Source: Nemertoderma westbladi (taxonomy: Eukaryota; Animalia; Xenacoelomorpha). Taken from it: DNA of 39,933 nucleotides. Below, one piece after another: positions 11,928 to 24,613 of this stretch. Made by a program: the position numbers and the translations under genes. Position 1 is the stretch's first letter. Each line of letters opens with the position of its first letter. The stretch covers positions 1-39,933 of the forward strand of contig JAUCBJ010003080.1 of the NCBI GenBank assembly GCA_032718475.1, read 5' to 3'. The notes beneath the pieces are model-generated. The model did not search any database and was not told the DNA's origin. It saw only the letters and a list, made by a program, of their open reading frames with translations.

Positions 11928-12136
11928 CATCAATGTGTGTTGTTTGTGTCGAGGCATACCTCACTAACCAATGGGAAGCATCAGTGTGTGTTGTTTGTGT
12001 CGAGGCATACCTCACTAACCAATGGGAAGCATCAATGTGTGTTGTTTGTGTCGAGGCATACCTCACTAACCAATGGGAAGCATCAATGTGTGTTGTTTGT
12101 GTCGAGGCATACCTCACTAACCAATGGGAAGCATCA
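11928..12136. repeat. 51-bp tandem repeat, 4 near-identical copies
   Basis: CATCAATGTGTGTTGTTTGTGTCGAGGCATACCTCACTAACCAATGGGAAG x4, with one A>G variant. Confidence 0.95.
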
Positions 12137-12807
12137 CCATAAACATTCATCACCATTTTGTATGCTTGTTAATATTGAACCGACCGACACATATATGCAT
12201 ATAAAATATATAAAATAAAACATATTTTGTTGTGTGTTTATTTTCGTTTCAGCTAAAACTTGGCGTGGGAACTTTTTTATCCAATTAAATCAGAATTTTA
12301 GACGGATAGTTCTGAAACGTTAATGGACCTTTAGGTCATATTAATACGCAGTATTTAATCAGGCTATCGCACCATACATTGTATGTCTACTCCAATATAG
12401 TATGTATCCAAATAGACACTCTTTTATCACTAATCACACCATACTGTACTTTCTTAACAGCCAATCCAATTATTACAGTATACCCAAAGTACAATATTTA
12501 CCACTCAGAGAACGATGCCCACTCCCAAACAATTCGCCCACGTGCCGTGGGCTGGGAAAATGCAGGTGGACAGCAAGTATAGTACTATAGTATATACCTT
12601 CCAAGTTGTAGCTTAAACGGATTGTAAATAACAAAGTTGCAGTTGATGTGAACTTCACATATTTCTCCATTTAGCGACAGACTGGGGAACTGCAGACTCT
12701 GTATTACGTTTGAACGAGTTAGGGAGATACACTTCTAGCAAGCTTTAGTAAACGAGATTTCAACGACATACAGTAGGTTCAAACTTATATGCTGTATACA
12801 GACATAT

Positions 12808-12847
12808 AGAGACAGACAGTCAGATAGACAGACAGACAGACAGACAT
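12808..12847 (+). repeat. (GACA)n microsatellite, possibly part of a Helentron/DINE-like element end
   Basis: agagacagacagtcagatagacagacagacagacagaca followed by a T/TATA-rich tail. The element assignment is inference. Confidence 0.6.
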
Positions 12848-13323
12848 TTTCTTTGTTATATATTTTTCTGTAATATCTGTATATTGAATACGATAAGATT
12901 TATAGTATTAGCCATCACTGTTATTTTCTTCATTTCGATACGTTTCCCCACACCCGTTCCAGTTACTCATTTTTACATAAATTATGCACTTATAATATAA
13001 AATTCTGCACTCTACGTCTATATTTTTCATTTGGATTGTAAGTTTCTTTATATATAATAATTGTTTATTCAGGGATGTAAGTTTCGACTGGTTTCTAGTT
13101 GCGCCTCTAGCGCCAACAGTGGGTCATCTACAACACGCGGGGACGACGACGACCACAGATGGAGCCATTACAACGAGTTTATATTCCAACGTCCCTGATT
13201 GGTTCAACTTTGACTGAGCTGACAGAACATACTGTACAGTACATATGTTCTCATTGGCTGCCCAAACTAATATTTTGGATGCGGTGGCCTAAAGTACATC
13301 GATTTGTAACGTCTATACGTTGT

Positions 13324-13554
13324 CAGTTTGTGTATACAAACACTAAAATAAATGTTTACAGTTTGTGTATACAAACACTAAAATGAATGTATACAGTTTG
13401 TGTATACAAACACTAAATGTGTACAGTTTGTGTATACAAACACTAAATGTATACAGTTTGTGTATACAAACAGTAAATGTATACAGTTTGTGTATACAAA
13501 CACTAAATGTATACAGTTTGTGTATACAAACAGTAAATGTATACAGTTTGTGTA
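13324..13554. repeat. 30-bp tandem repeat (~7.5 copies) with an internal near-palindrome GTTTGTGTATACAAAC
   Basis: The unit CAGTTTGTGTATACAAACACTAAATGTATA is directly visible. Confidence 0.93.
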
Positions 13555-15022
13555 TTTGGGTACAAAATTGTCGCATAATATTTTAAATTTAACATTATTT
13601 TGTTTTATCTTAATTGTTTTGTTTAATTTGTTGACGACTCTGTTGTTTATCATTAATTTTAGAATTAACCATCTCTATGTTGTATTTGCCCGCCGTTAGT
13701 TGTTATTTCTTAAATAATTAACAACAAGTGTTTAAGATAATATTATTCCCACTTCAAATATATTATCTTTCCTTTGTGTTCGTTTGTTTAAAGTCGTATA
13801 GAGTAATAAACATAGAACTATACTAAAATAATTTATTATTTAATATTTATTGATGACATATCGCATTTAAAATTTCTTTAATATTAATAATTTTATATTG
13901 TCATATTTTATTATTTCTGTTGTAGGCCCTATTATAATTAGATATTTACATTTTTGAATCAAATTACATAACTACATAAACATTACATAACTCAATTTCA
14001 TAATGTACAGTAGCACTTGATAACATTAGTTAACTTCTCTATTATAACCCCAGCAACAACGCACAGATGTTAAAACGCCTCATCTCTATTATAACCCCCC
14101 ACAGCACACATATGTTAAAAAACGCCTCCCACTGCACTGTAATGTTATAAAGTGCTATATAATACGATCTAAAGTTTTTAATTAAATTATAACAGTAAAT
14201 TTATATTTTATCAAGCTTCTACTGTATAACAAGCAATATTTACCATTTAGTTTTTGATTTTCAGTACCGGTATACTTTTAGTATCAGTTAGGAGTTCACA
14301 CATTTTGAACCTCGGCAGTAGTCCTTAGGACCTGATATTGAGAGCATTGTGTCTTGTTACATTTATATTATACGAAGCTGGCTATCTATTATATTAATTT
14401 AATTGATACAATTAGGATCTAAAAAATATAAATTATAAGAGACAAGTTGTTTAATATTAATATAATTAAAGTTAATTTTTTGGAATTCATCGCATTTGTG
14501 AAATTAAATAAATTGAAGGAACCAGAACATTTATATCTACTTTATAATTACTAAAATAAAACCAGAACAATGTATTTAAATTATCTTTATTTATTGTTCT
14601 AGTATTTATATCATTAGGTTGCAAATGTGTTTGAAATGTGTTTTAATGTGTTTGTTACTGTTTTTTTGTTGTTTTCAGACAAAACACATACTGTCCAGTT
14701 AACATAATGTAATAAATTTGGCCCGCCTTCGCAACGTCAACATTTGGTCTCCAGGTGGGATCGAACTGGTGACTTAGTCGTACCTGGAAATATTATTAGT
14801 CTACATTAAATGCCCGTTAGTATTTTCAGGCGAACTGCTATCAGGAATGGATAGGCCTAGAGACGTCCAACCTGGAGGTTATCTGATCGACCCCACCTGA
14901 ACGTAGCCATTATTATCAACTTTGGTAAGCTGTGCCCAACAAAAATTATAGGCCTAATATAATATGAAACTCATAATACAAATAAACATTTATGGCGTCT
15001 TGGCTTCCCTTAGTTTTACATT

Positions 15023-15273
15023 GTCGCAGTGTCCGAGTGGATACGGCACCTGAACTGCTTACACAATAGTGTTTGGTGGCGCAGGTTCGAATCCGACTAA
15101 AGGCTGTAGAAATTTCGCACTGTTGTGTCCCTAGGCAAGACACATTAGTGCCTACGTCAACCTAGCGGTATAATGGAAACCTGGCTTTGCTGGGGTAATG
15201 ATAATAAAAGCGCTTTGAGTACGCTGAGCGTAGAAAAGCGCTATATAAATAACCAATATTATTATTATTATTA
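15023..15273 (+). mobile_element. tRNA-derived SINE with a Deu/Nin-like core and an L2-type 3' tail
   Basis: A-box GTGTCCGAGTGG (15029-15040), B-box GGTTCGAATCC (~15084-15094), core TGTGTCCCTAGGCAAGACAC, and tail AAGCGCTTTGAG...GAAAAGCGCTATATAAAT...(TTA)n. Confidence 0.85.
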
Positions 15274-16827
15274 TATTCTCCATTGTTTTCCTATTGGAAA
15301 GGCTATTATTAGCTCTTTGTTATTTTATCCTAAATAACTGTTTCATATAATACAGTAATAAACTCATTATTATGTAACTACTGTATAAATAAATTTATTG
15401 TTTATAGTAAAAATATAATTTCAACATGTAAAATTCTGTTCTGGTTTCATTTAACTTGTCAATTTTTGGGGTACCAATTTCGTTGCGATGACCTATATGA
15501 ACTGGCTCTTAGCGCAAGACCATGCAACTTTTGAAAGCCCATATCGCAGCTTCCGTATTATTCAGATATTTGGAATCCCGGCAACGTCTTTCCCATTGGT
15601 ACCACCGTATCGCAATAGTTTAATAATGAATGTAGTCGGCCTACTGTACGACTTGTACAATATCGATGGAGATATACTGTACCTTATGTATGTAAGCATG
15701 TAATCAAAGATTGAATTCGAAAATAAAACTTCTGACTGTAATAATACTGTAGTCGAGTAAACACTAACCTAAAACATTAAGAGGAAGTGGAAATTTGGTA
15801 CAACTGAGATTTTTTACATTTTCTAGTCAATTCGAGGGTGTTGATTCCGAATCCGGTTCATGCCAAGCGTGAAAAGTTGAGCATTTTGTTCTAGAAGCAT
15901 TTATATTCTAGAAAAAGACTTGTGATTGGATACCATTGCTTTGGTTGATAATAATTGATTTATTTTAATATAATTGATAATTAAAATACATCAGATGAAA
16001 ATCTGGACAAATGACCCAACGGACAAACATGGACAACGTATGAAACCTGAACTTGTTGAGGTTAAACCATAAATGAGTACAACAATTAGTTATATAAGAA
16101 TTAATAATTAAATATTGGTAATGTCAACAACTGATATAAACAAGATATTTTAAAATACAGTTATATAACATAATATCAGTTCAGGTAAATACGAAGTTCA
16201 CATCAGCAATTAATTAAGCAGCAGTAATATAATAATTGTCATTCGAATCTCTTTAACAGTTTAAATAAAATCCCAGGCAGTTTAGTACTTTCATTTGCGG
16301 TACCAAGATCATAACAATAGAGTAGAAACTCGTCACTATGGTTACTATTTTTTAACAAATTCTTCCCTAAAATTCCAAATTTTTCAATAACACAATATAT
16401 CAAATAGGGCCTCGGAACGCGATGAATGGGTTTAACATGCCCGGTACTACTGGTCATCTTGGCAAACGTGGGGACTTTCCTTTGCTTGGTACAAATATTA
16501 ACAAAACAAAGGCCCGATCTAACAGTCCTTTTGTTCCAGTTTAATTTATAACCGTTACTATGGTTAAACCATAGCAACGCCAATTTCATTATTACAGTAG
16601 TTGCATAATTAATTATGTGCATTTAAGCAAAGTGTTGTAATAACAAATTACTGTACGTACGTATTCAAATGAACCTGGCCATACAGTATATTAAAAAATA
16701 GAAAATATAGTTTGTCTAATACGGTTTGCAATTTAAATTTGAGTGAGGCGGCACTTGAGTATCTGCCTCATGAGGTAAACCTCGTTTCCATGAGGGTCTT
16801 AGGGGAATAATGCAAAAATTATTAATG

Positions 16828-17010
16828 TTTAAAATTCTAACTAAAATAGACAATATTTAAAATGCTAACAAAATATACAATATTTAAAATTATAACTAAA
16901 ATGGACAATATTTAAAATTATAACTAAAATGGACAATATTTAAAATCATAACTAAAATGGACAATATTTAAAATTATAACTAAAATAGACAATAATTAAA
17001 TTTATAACGA
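16828..17010. repeat. 28-bp AT-rich tandem repeat, ~6 copies
   Basis: TTTAAAATTATAACTAAAATGGACAATA recurs at 16883, 16911, 16939 and 16967, with degenerate flanking copies. Confidence 0.9.
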
Positions 17011-17114
17011 AATTAGAGAATCTTTAGAATTAATACTAAACTCTGTTGACAATTAATTAAAATAAAACCAGAAATTAATAAAAAAAAATAAAAAAAATAA
17101 ACAATAAATAGATC

Positions 17115-18390
17115 GTTCCATGGACTTCCTCCGCGAACTTGGCCGGCGTGTAGAGAAGGTCAGCGGGAATATGAGGGCAACTGAACACCTGCGTCAACGC
17201 ATTGGGGTCTGTGTGCAGGCAGGTAATGCTGCCTGTATCAAGCAATCGTTTGGATCAGCAGGCCCGTATCGTGCGGGGGGGCTTTGGGGGCACTGCCCCC
17301 CCCCCCCAGACAAGTCCCACTGTCCCCCCAGATATATGTCTTGTTCACTCGTCTTGTTCACAATTATTTAATAATAATAGTGTTGACCCCAGTGATCAAT
17401 ATTATTGGATACACATTGATATACAGTACTAAGGATTCACACTTCTACACACTGACCTTACTCCCCACCATCCCATTTTGGTCCAATTATATAATACTAC
17501 ATGACATTGACCTACCTACCTGTAATTACTAAAAATACCCGAAAGCTCCAGGTTCTCTCATTGGCTACCAGGAGATGTTTGTTGTTGACCCATTGTCTAT
17601 TTGTCTGTAATTTTGGAGCCAGCCTGCAGCTAAAAGGCTTGGCGCTGAGGGTTGCGCTGGTATCCATAGCTATAATTTGTTGTAACTTAACCTTAACCAT
17701 ATTATACCTGAAGTGGGTCCTTCGTGCAGCACTTGTAAATTATGTAAATGTCAACTTGAAAGAAATATAAGCAAAATCTAAGCAAATGCCCTTGATCACT
17801 AACACCGGCCTAGAGGCAGGCTTGAAAACTGCAGTCGATTTTTAAGACCTCAGAAAAAGTTTAATAATGACATAGCATATATAGCACATATATAGCACAT
17901 ATAATAATGGTCTAGTACAATTCTGCCAAGTTTCCGCTTAAACGGTTTAATATCAAAGAAATGGGAGGACATTTAATGCTTAGACATGTAGCCATCTAGC
18001 AGGAGACTGGACTGTTGAACTGTTGGTGTCAAAGGTTGCTAACTAATGTCAAGTTTTGGACATATTTATGCCTACAGATTTTCAATTCGACAGCTTTAAA
18101 TCTGACGAATGTTACGTTAATGAATTCGTTATGTCAACAACTATTTGCCATTATTGACATACTACTTAACTTAACAGTGTCAGTTCGCCAAGGCTCCGCC
18201 AATTTCGTGGCTCGCCCCACACCTTTCAACAATATTGATTATATTTATGTACTACTTTAACTCTCACTTTGTTGTATGCTCCCCAAATCCAAGTTATGGG
18301 TTTGCCCCCCCAGATTTGGCCTCTGCCCCCCCCCCCCCCCCAGATAATATGATCACCATACGGGCCTGTGGATCAGGCATAGGCAACTGA
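17115..18390 (+). pseudogene. 5'-truncated CRE-like (restriction-like endonuclease) non-LTR retrotransposon 3' end, split by a hAT insertion
   Basis: FLRELGRRVEKVSGNMRATEHLRQRIGVCVQAGNAACI matches the CRE C-terminal motif FLxELGRRL...L.QRLS.A.QRGNA. Removing 17259-18376 restores ...KQSFGSGIGN-TGA (stop 18388-18390). Confidence 0.7.
17259..18368. mobile_element. Non-autonomous hAT-type DNA transposon
   Basis: TIRs CAGGCCCGTATCGTG and CACCATACGGGCCTG match at 14/15. A perfect 8-bp TSD, TGGATCAG, lies at 17251-17258 and 18369-18376. Subterminal GCCCCCCC motifs are present. Confidence 0.92.
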
Positions 18391-18686
18391 ATCCAGTGAA
18401 TATATTAAGAATAACGAAGATGACAATTCATTAAACTTATTATATATGAAATGGAAAGTGATCCGTATAATATATTTTATAGAATTTTCTTTAGTTATAA
18501 ATAGATAATAACTATTAAGATATAATATTTACAATCAAACATGGATAAAAATAATGGATCTTATATTTTAAGTGAAATGTGGCAGGTCGGGTGCGGGGTT
18601 ATGTAACAGACATTTCGGCTGGTGGGATCTGGAGTACCCTTGCATGGTCCGGTCACATGGGCTCCTATGGAATCTAATTTAGTTAA

Positions 18687-19804
18687 GGGGGCGGGGTGGG
18701 GGGGGGGGGTAGCGCATTTTCTGACCAAAAAGTCGAATTGTTGAAACATATCCTATCTGATGCAGAATTTCATTTTGAATACAAATATGTAAACCGTTTT
18801 TTCATATCTTGCTTAGTTTTCGAGATATCTGGGATAGAAGATACTGGCTCCGATATATCGCGATATTGGTAAAGGCGATGGAGTTTGGGGTTTGCATTCA
18901 ATTTCTCCAAAATTCTGTGCTCATTGGTGCCAATTTGATGTCTCCTCGAGAAAGAGCACAAAATTTTAATTGCGAAGAAATTTTTTTCTATGATTATTGG
19001 ACCTACTAATCAGTTTATAAGACAACTTTAAGTCTCCGGAATAAAGACGGGACTCGAATAAGCGACTCTGCGGTATTTGTGGGATTACACGGAATAGACT
19101 TATCGGTAATCGGAGATCTTCAAAATGTATTATCTCCAGTTGTAGTGGTCGCACGAAGTTCGTTTTAGGTTCATTCGAAAGCTCTTTTCCTAGAGAACAA
19201 AGTTACGATTTGATTTAAGATAAAATGGTTGTGATGCAACATAACATGAATTTGGGTAAAATATGCCTTGCAAATTTTGTTCAAGATATGATTGTTCAGG
19301 CAGCTTTCAAGAGTTTGCCAAACCAAATGGTAACTTTGGTCCTTGAGAAAATAGCTTTGAATGAGCTCAAACAAACTCCGTACGACCACTAGAACTTGAG
19401 ATTATACATTTTGAAGATCTTGTAATCCCACAAAGACCACAGAATCGCTTATTCGAGTCCCGTTTTATTTTATTCCGGAGACTTGAAGTTGTCTTATAAA
19501 CTGATCAGTAGATCCAATAATCATAAAAAAATATCTACACAATTAAAATTTTGTGCTCTTTCTCGTGGAGATATCCAATTAGCACCACTGAGCACAGAAA
19601 TTTTCAGAAATTGAAAGCAAACCCCAAACTTCATCGCATTTACCGATATTGCGATATATCGGAGCCAGTATCTTCTATCCCAGATATCTCGGAAACTAAG
19701 CAAGATATGGAAAAACGGTTTCCATATTTGGATTCAATATGAAATTTTGCGTCAGATAGGATATGTTTCAAAAATTCCACTTTTTGGTCAGAAAATGCGC
19801 TACC
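18687..19804. mobile_element. Foldback element with ~500-bp inverted arms, Kolobok-like termini
   Basis: GGTAGCGCATTTTCTGACCAAAAAGT... (from 18708) is the reverse complement of ...ACTTTTTGGTCAGAAAATGCGCTACC (to 19804). Homology continues inward to ~19216 and ~19320. The left end is TTAA-GG; the right end is a degenerate CC-TAAA. Confidence 0.85.
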
Positions 19805-20425
19805 TAAAGTAAATGCGGAATTATGTAACATATTAGGTACGAAAGAATGTATTGGTTGTTTTAAAAAAAAATTATTACATTTTTTACTGATACTTTTTTC
19901 TTTTTCTTTTACTTTTTTTTTATTACTCAAAAAGCTTTAAAACCATTAAGAAAAATTCGATTATTATATGTTTTAAAAATATAAATCAAATCCCCCTCTT
20001 TCATAATAAACAATCTAGCTCCTGATTCGTTGTTTCCAATTTTACATCAACGTTTCCGGGACTTACTTTATTTATAATAGTAAAATGTATTATATAGGTT
20101 GTTTTAAAAAAAATTTCGTTATCATGCGGTCTATACAAAACTAGTATACATGGTATAGGAGGATTTGAAACGATAAATATCTCAGTTATACGTGAGAGCA
20201 TGGCCTTCTATTCTCAGTGTGTTAATGGGATTCAGAATACATTTTAACATAAAGAAATGCAGAAATCACCATTTCGGCAAAATTGGCATATAGGTGGTTT
20301 CAAAATGAAAGGGACGATATATAGATACGTGGATACCTGGATACGTAGGCACATACATACGTCATGTACATGGAAAAGCTTAACGCAATAATTTTTATTG
20401 TCCGTTTATATCACTCATTATGTCC

Positions 20426-20623
20426 TTTTTTTTACTTTTTATGTCCACCAGAAATTTACCGTTAGGTTCCATGCTACCGGTTTCTCTACTGCTGTTCTCT
20501 CAGGCTATCAGTAACGGTATTAGTTTTTTTTTTACTTTTTATGTCCTCCAGAAATTTACCGTTAGGTTCCATGCTACCGGTTTCTCTACTGCTGTTCTCT
20601 CAGGCTATCAGTACCGGTATTAG
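20426..20623. repeat. 100-bp direct tandem duplication
   Basis: TTTACTTTTTATGTCC..CCAGAAATTTACCGTTAGGTTCCATGCTACCGG...GGTATTAG starts at 20431 and again at 20531. Confidence 0.93.
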
Positions 20624-20785
20624 TATATAGAGCACTATTTTGCAGTATTGCTGTATTGTATGTACAGATGTACAGTAGGTATAAAGCAGGTATTTTAGTC
20701 AGTTCCGGCACCGGTACTGCTGTAGGCCTATTGTGTAGCCTACCATTTAAATACGGTAATGGTAGGCCTACGGTACGGCTGACCG

Positions 20786-21805
20786 GTTGTTTTGGTTAGA
20801 AAATCCCGCCTCTGTAACCTGCTCCTTTCCCTGATTTGGTAAAGTGACCGTTTATTGTTTTGGATAGAAAGTCCCGCCTCTGTAACCTGCTCCTTTCCTT
20901 CGTTTTGTAAAGTGACTGTTTATTGTTTTGGTTAGAAAATGCCGCCTCTGTAACCTGCCCCTTTCCCTCAATTAGTTAAATGATCGTTTATTGTTTTTGG
21001 TTAGAAAATCCCGCCTCTGTATCCTGCTCCTTTCCCTCAATTAGCTAAGTGATCGTTTATTGTTTTGGTTAGAAATTCCCGCCTCTGTAACCTGCTCCTT
21101 TCCCTCAATTAGTTAAGAGATCGTTTATTGTTTTGGTTAGGAAATCCCGCCTCTGTAACCTGCTCCTTTCTCTCAATTGGTAAATGTTATCGTTTATTGC
21201 TTTGGTTAGAAAAGACCATCTATGTAACCTGCTCCTTTCCTTCATTTGGTAAAGTGATTGTTTATTGTTTTGGTTAGAAAATCCCGCCTCTGTAACCTGC
21301 TCTTTTCCCTGATTTGGTAAAGTGACCGTTTATAGTTTTGTTTAGAAAGGCTAGCCTCTGTAACCTGCTCCTTTCCTTCATTTGGTAAAGTGACTGTTTA
21401 TTGTTTTGGTTAGAAAATCCGGCCATAACCTGCTCCTTTCCATCAATTGGTAATTGTTTTTGGCTATAAAATGAGTGTTTTGCTTCGTCATGTGGTAATC
21501 GATTATCGACAACAACCACAAACTATTAAATTTAGAGTCTTTTACCACAGGCGCATATGGAAATCTAGCTCATAGTCTATACTGCGTATAAATCATGGAA
21601 TTTTGAATGTTTTGGCACAGGCATAGTGAAACCAACTGTCTGACAGACCAGAAATCAGAAGTCTGACAGTTTGAAGAAATACATACATAAAAAGTCATTA
21701 AAAGGACAACAAAAGTCATTAAAGGGACAACAAAGGTCATTATGCACAATTCGTAAAAAAAGGAGGACAAAAAAGTCAAATAAAAGGACATAAAAAATCA
21801 CTGCC
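20786..21805. mobile_element. Interspersed repeat, copy 1: ~68-bp tandem array (~10 units) plus a ~350-bp unique end
   Basis: The unit is TGTTTTGGTTAGAAAATCCCGCCTCTGTAACCTGCTCCTTTCCC... The end (...ATCACTGCC, reading CAGTG on the minus strand) is shared with 32750-33605. Confidence 0.85.
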
Positions 21806-22908
21806 AAAGCTTAACCCTAGTGATACAGTGCTGCAGCGATAGGCCTACCGCGCTGCGCGCTACCACCGGTATGGTGGTATGGCTGTACGGCCAGACGGAA
21901 GTACGGTACGGCACTGCAGGTGCAGCACTGCAATACAGCAATATCAGAATGTACAGATATATAATCAGATAATAACGGTCTGCCGGTACAGTATCTGCTG
22001 TACTGTCTGACTGTACTGTACTGCAGTACAGCCTGACAGCAGTACTCTGGTACTGCAGTAGGCAGGTGCCGGTATGCAGGTATGGTAGGCCTGCGCCTGC
22101 ACAGCTGCAGGTGATCTGAGTCCTGAGAGCCGACAGGCTGAGAGGCGAGGGTTGAGGGAGGGCCGAGGTAGCGATAAATAATAACTTGAATAAATGAATT
22201 AAGAAATTTTAAATTAAGAAAATTAAGAAAGAATTAATGAATAAAGAAAAGATTCATACATATTTTATTTAAATTTAAATTCAGTCGATTTTTAATAATC
22301 CATACATATCTTATTCAAATTTCAATAGTTCTACCGATTCTACACTAGGCCTACTTTGTTTTAACCTATATTAGTTTGTTGTTTGTGCATCGCCGGTTTC
22401 TAACAGTCCTACGCTGGATTGAGTACCGGTACATGTATTTCGTTCAGTCGTTGGTGTCGTATCAGGTTTTTTTTATACTCTTCATCAACTTCTTACTATA
22501 TTTTGTTAGGCCTATCCTATTACCGGTATTACATACAACATATTAATTTACTTTCAGTTCTGGTTCTATATAAAGATTGCCTTAAATTATGTCGGTGATG
22601 GGTATCTATAAGTTTAACTTCCTCTTACCCTAAACTATTAAACATTAAACACTTTAAACAATACGTACCGGTAGGCCTCATAACAGCATAGGCTGATAGG
22701 CCCTAATGTCTGAATGTAATTATAATTGCATTACATTCCTGCATTCTGACATCTGGACATTGCACATTGCATTATACTGTTATAATTACATTGCATACAG
22801 TGCATTAGTAGGCCTACTGTCTGACTGTAGGTTTAACTGTATTAGGCCTATCTGCCTATAACAGTATAATCTGATAATGCCGTACCTAATGCCTAATCTG
22901 CTAATAGC

Positions 22909-23483
22909 ACTGTACAGCCAGACAGCCAGGCTGCAAATGAAGTGCAAAAATCGCAACGCGTTGTGCGCGGTAAAAGCGCGCGGAATTGAAATAAAAGTGC
23001 GCGAAATGATGTGAAAGACAACAAAAGTGCGCAGTAATCTGTGCAAAATATCAAAAGTCATAAAGTCAGAAAGTGCGCGGACAGGTGACAGGCGGGTGAG
23101 GTATAAAAAAGTATTTCATGCATGCAAGATGCAAGGTGAGAAAAATAATTAGCCACAAAAAATTTCGCTCGCTTTGCTCGCGTTTCTTTGCATTTTGCAT
23201 TGTCGGATTGCAGATTGCTCAAATGTCTAAATTTCACTCACTTTGAGTTTTGCTCGCGTATCTTTTACATTTTGCATTGTTAATGAAAAAATTTTGTTCG
23301 CTTCGCTCGCCTTTGTTTTTCGTTTTTTTTTTTTTTGTTAAAATGAGGTGTACGCGTTTTTTTCAGTGCATGCCGGTATTGGGTATATTGTCCTATATTG
23401 CGCGGGTGAAAAATTTTGCGCAGGCGTTGTGCGCGGTTCAGTGTTCAGTGGTGGTTTGCAGCCTGGTTGTCTGGTTGTACAGT
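22909..23483. mobile_element. Possible non-autonomous DNA transposon with 29-bp TIRs
   Basis: ACTGTACAGCCAGACAGCCAGGCTGCAAA (22909-22937) pairs with TTTGCAGCCTGGTTGTCTGGTTGTACAGT (23455-23483) with two mismatches. Internal GCGCG and TCGCTCGC motifs are present. No clean TSD. Confidence 0.6.
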
Positions 23484-23527
23484 AGCAATAGGCCTAGGGT
23501 TTTTCTCATTTATTAATTTTTTACAAC

Positions 23528-24600
23528 ATGGTGCGGAGCGGACACATACACACGTAAGCGTAAGCCAGGCTGCCAGGGTAGCAGGGAAACGAGGTTCCCC
23601 AAAATTATACTTCGGACACAGTTCGGAGAGTATGGAAGCAGCAATTAAAGCCATTTCCAAGGGGACATCGATTAAAAAAGCCTCAACAATCCATAAAATT
23701 CCTTATGGAACTCTTTGGAACCAAGTCCATAAATATAAAGACCGGAAAGTTGCCAACAGGCAACAGCTCTTACAGACAAAGAGGAAATGGATCTTGTGAG
23801 AGTGATAAACTGATCAAAGAGGTGACAGAGTGGAAATTCCCGTTATGCCCAATTGATATAAAGGATATGATCCGAGATTATTTAAACCGAAAAGGCGAGA
23901 CCAACGGGGTTTTTAAAGATAATACACTGGGCAATGACTGGTTGAAGAGTTTCATTAAACGTCATAAACTTACACGTCGGATTGCAGACAACTTTAAACT
24001 GGTTTGACTGTCGAGGTCGTCGAGGGATTCTTTGAGAATTGGTCGAAGGTAATTGAAAATATTCCCCCTGAAAATATTTTTAATTACAATGGGACAAACA
24101 CTACTGCACTAGGGACGATCCTGGTGCTGTTCATGTGATTGATTACACAGCGATGTTTAACAGTTTAAGACGTGTGGAGAGAGTGGATGGTAGGACCAGC
24201 GCTGTTTCGAACTGTGGTTCTTTATATCTTTAACACCTTCTTGCCTCATTGCCAGACACTTCCTGGTGTGAAGGTGTTAGTAGGTGACAATTGAGGAAGT
24301 CACTTCTCGCTGAAGGTGATTCTAGCATGTGTGGATAATAATAACAAGTTCGTTCAGTCGTTGCATTGCCACCAAATGCATCACATATAATGCAACCCCA
24401 AGACGTTGGTTGCTTCAGAACACTCAAGAGAGTTTGGCGGGATATTTTAAATATTTGGAGGCGGGAGAGTCTGTCTCGTGGGTCAATACCAAAGAACCAA
24501 TATCCAAGGCTCCTCAAGAAGTTATGTCTGAGTGTGGCTGATCTCCAATCAGCCAAATCTCCTAGTCGCTGGGTTTAAAGGCAGTGGGTTATATCCAAGG
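23528..24600 (+). pseudogene. Decayed pogo/Tigger-family DDE transposase
   Basis: psq-type HTH (MEAAIKAISKGTSIKKASTIHKIPYGTLWN), CENP-B-type HTH (GNDWLKSFIKRHKL), IPPENIFNY, DDPG, GDN.SHF and LPPNASHIMQPQDVGCFRTLK, spread across frameshifts and stops. Confidence 0.9.
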
Positions 24601-24613
24601 TGTACTAAATAAC

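Noticed and set aside
11899-12218. ORFs or a CRISPR array in the 51-bp repeat
   Set aside because: It is a pure tandem repeat with no spacers; the ORFs result from a unit length divisible by three.
13343-13699. Short ORFs on both strands
   Set aside because: They are translations of the palindromic 30-bp tandem repeat.
15023-15100. Functional tRNA gene
   Set aside because: A and B boxes are present, but no convincing cloverleaf forms, and the sequence continues into a SINE core and LINE-type tail.
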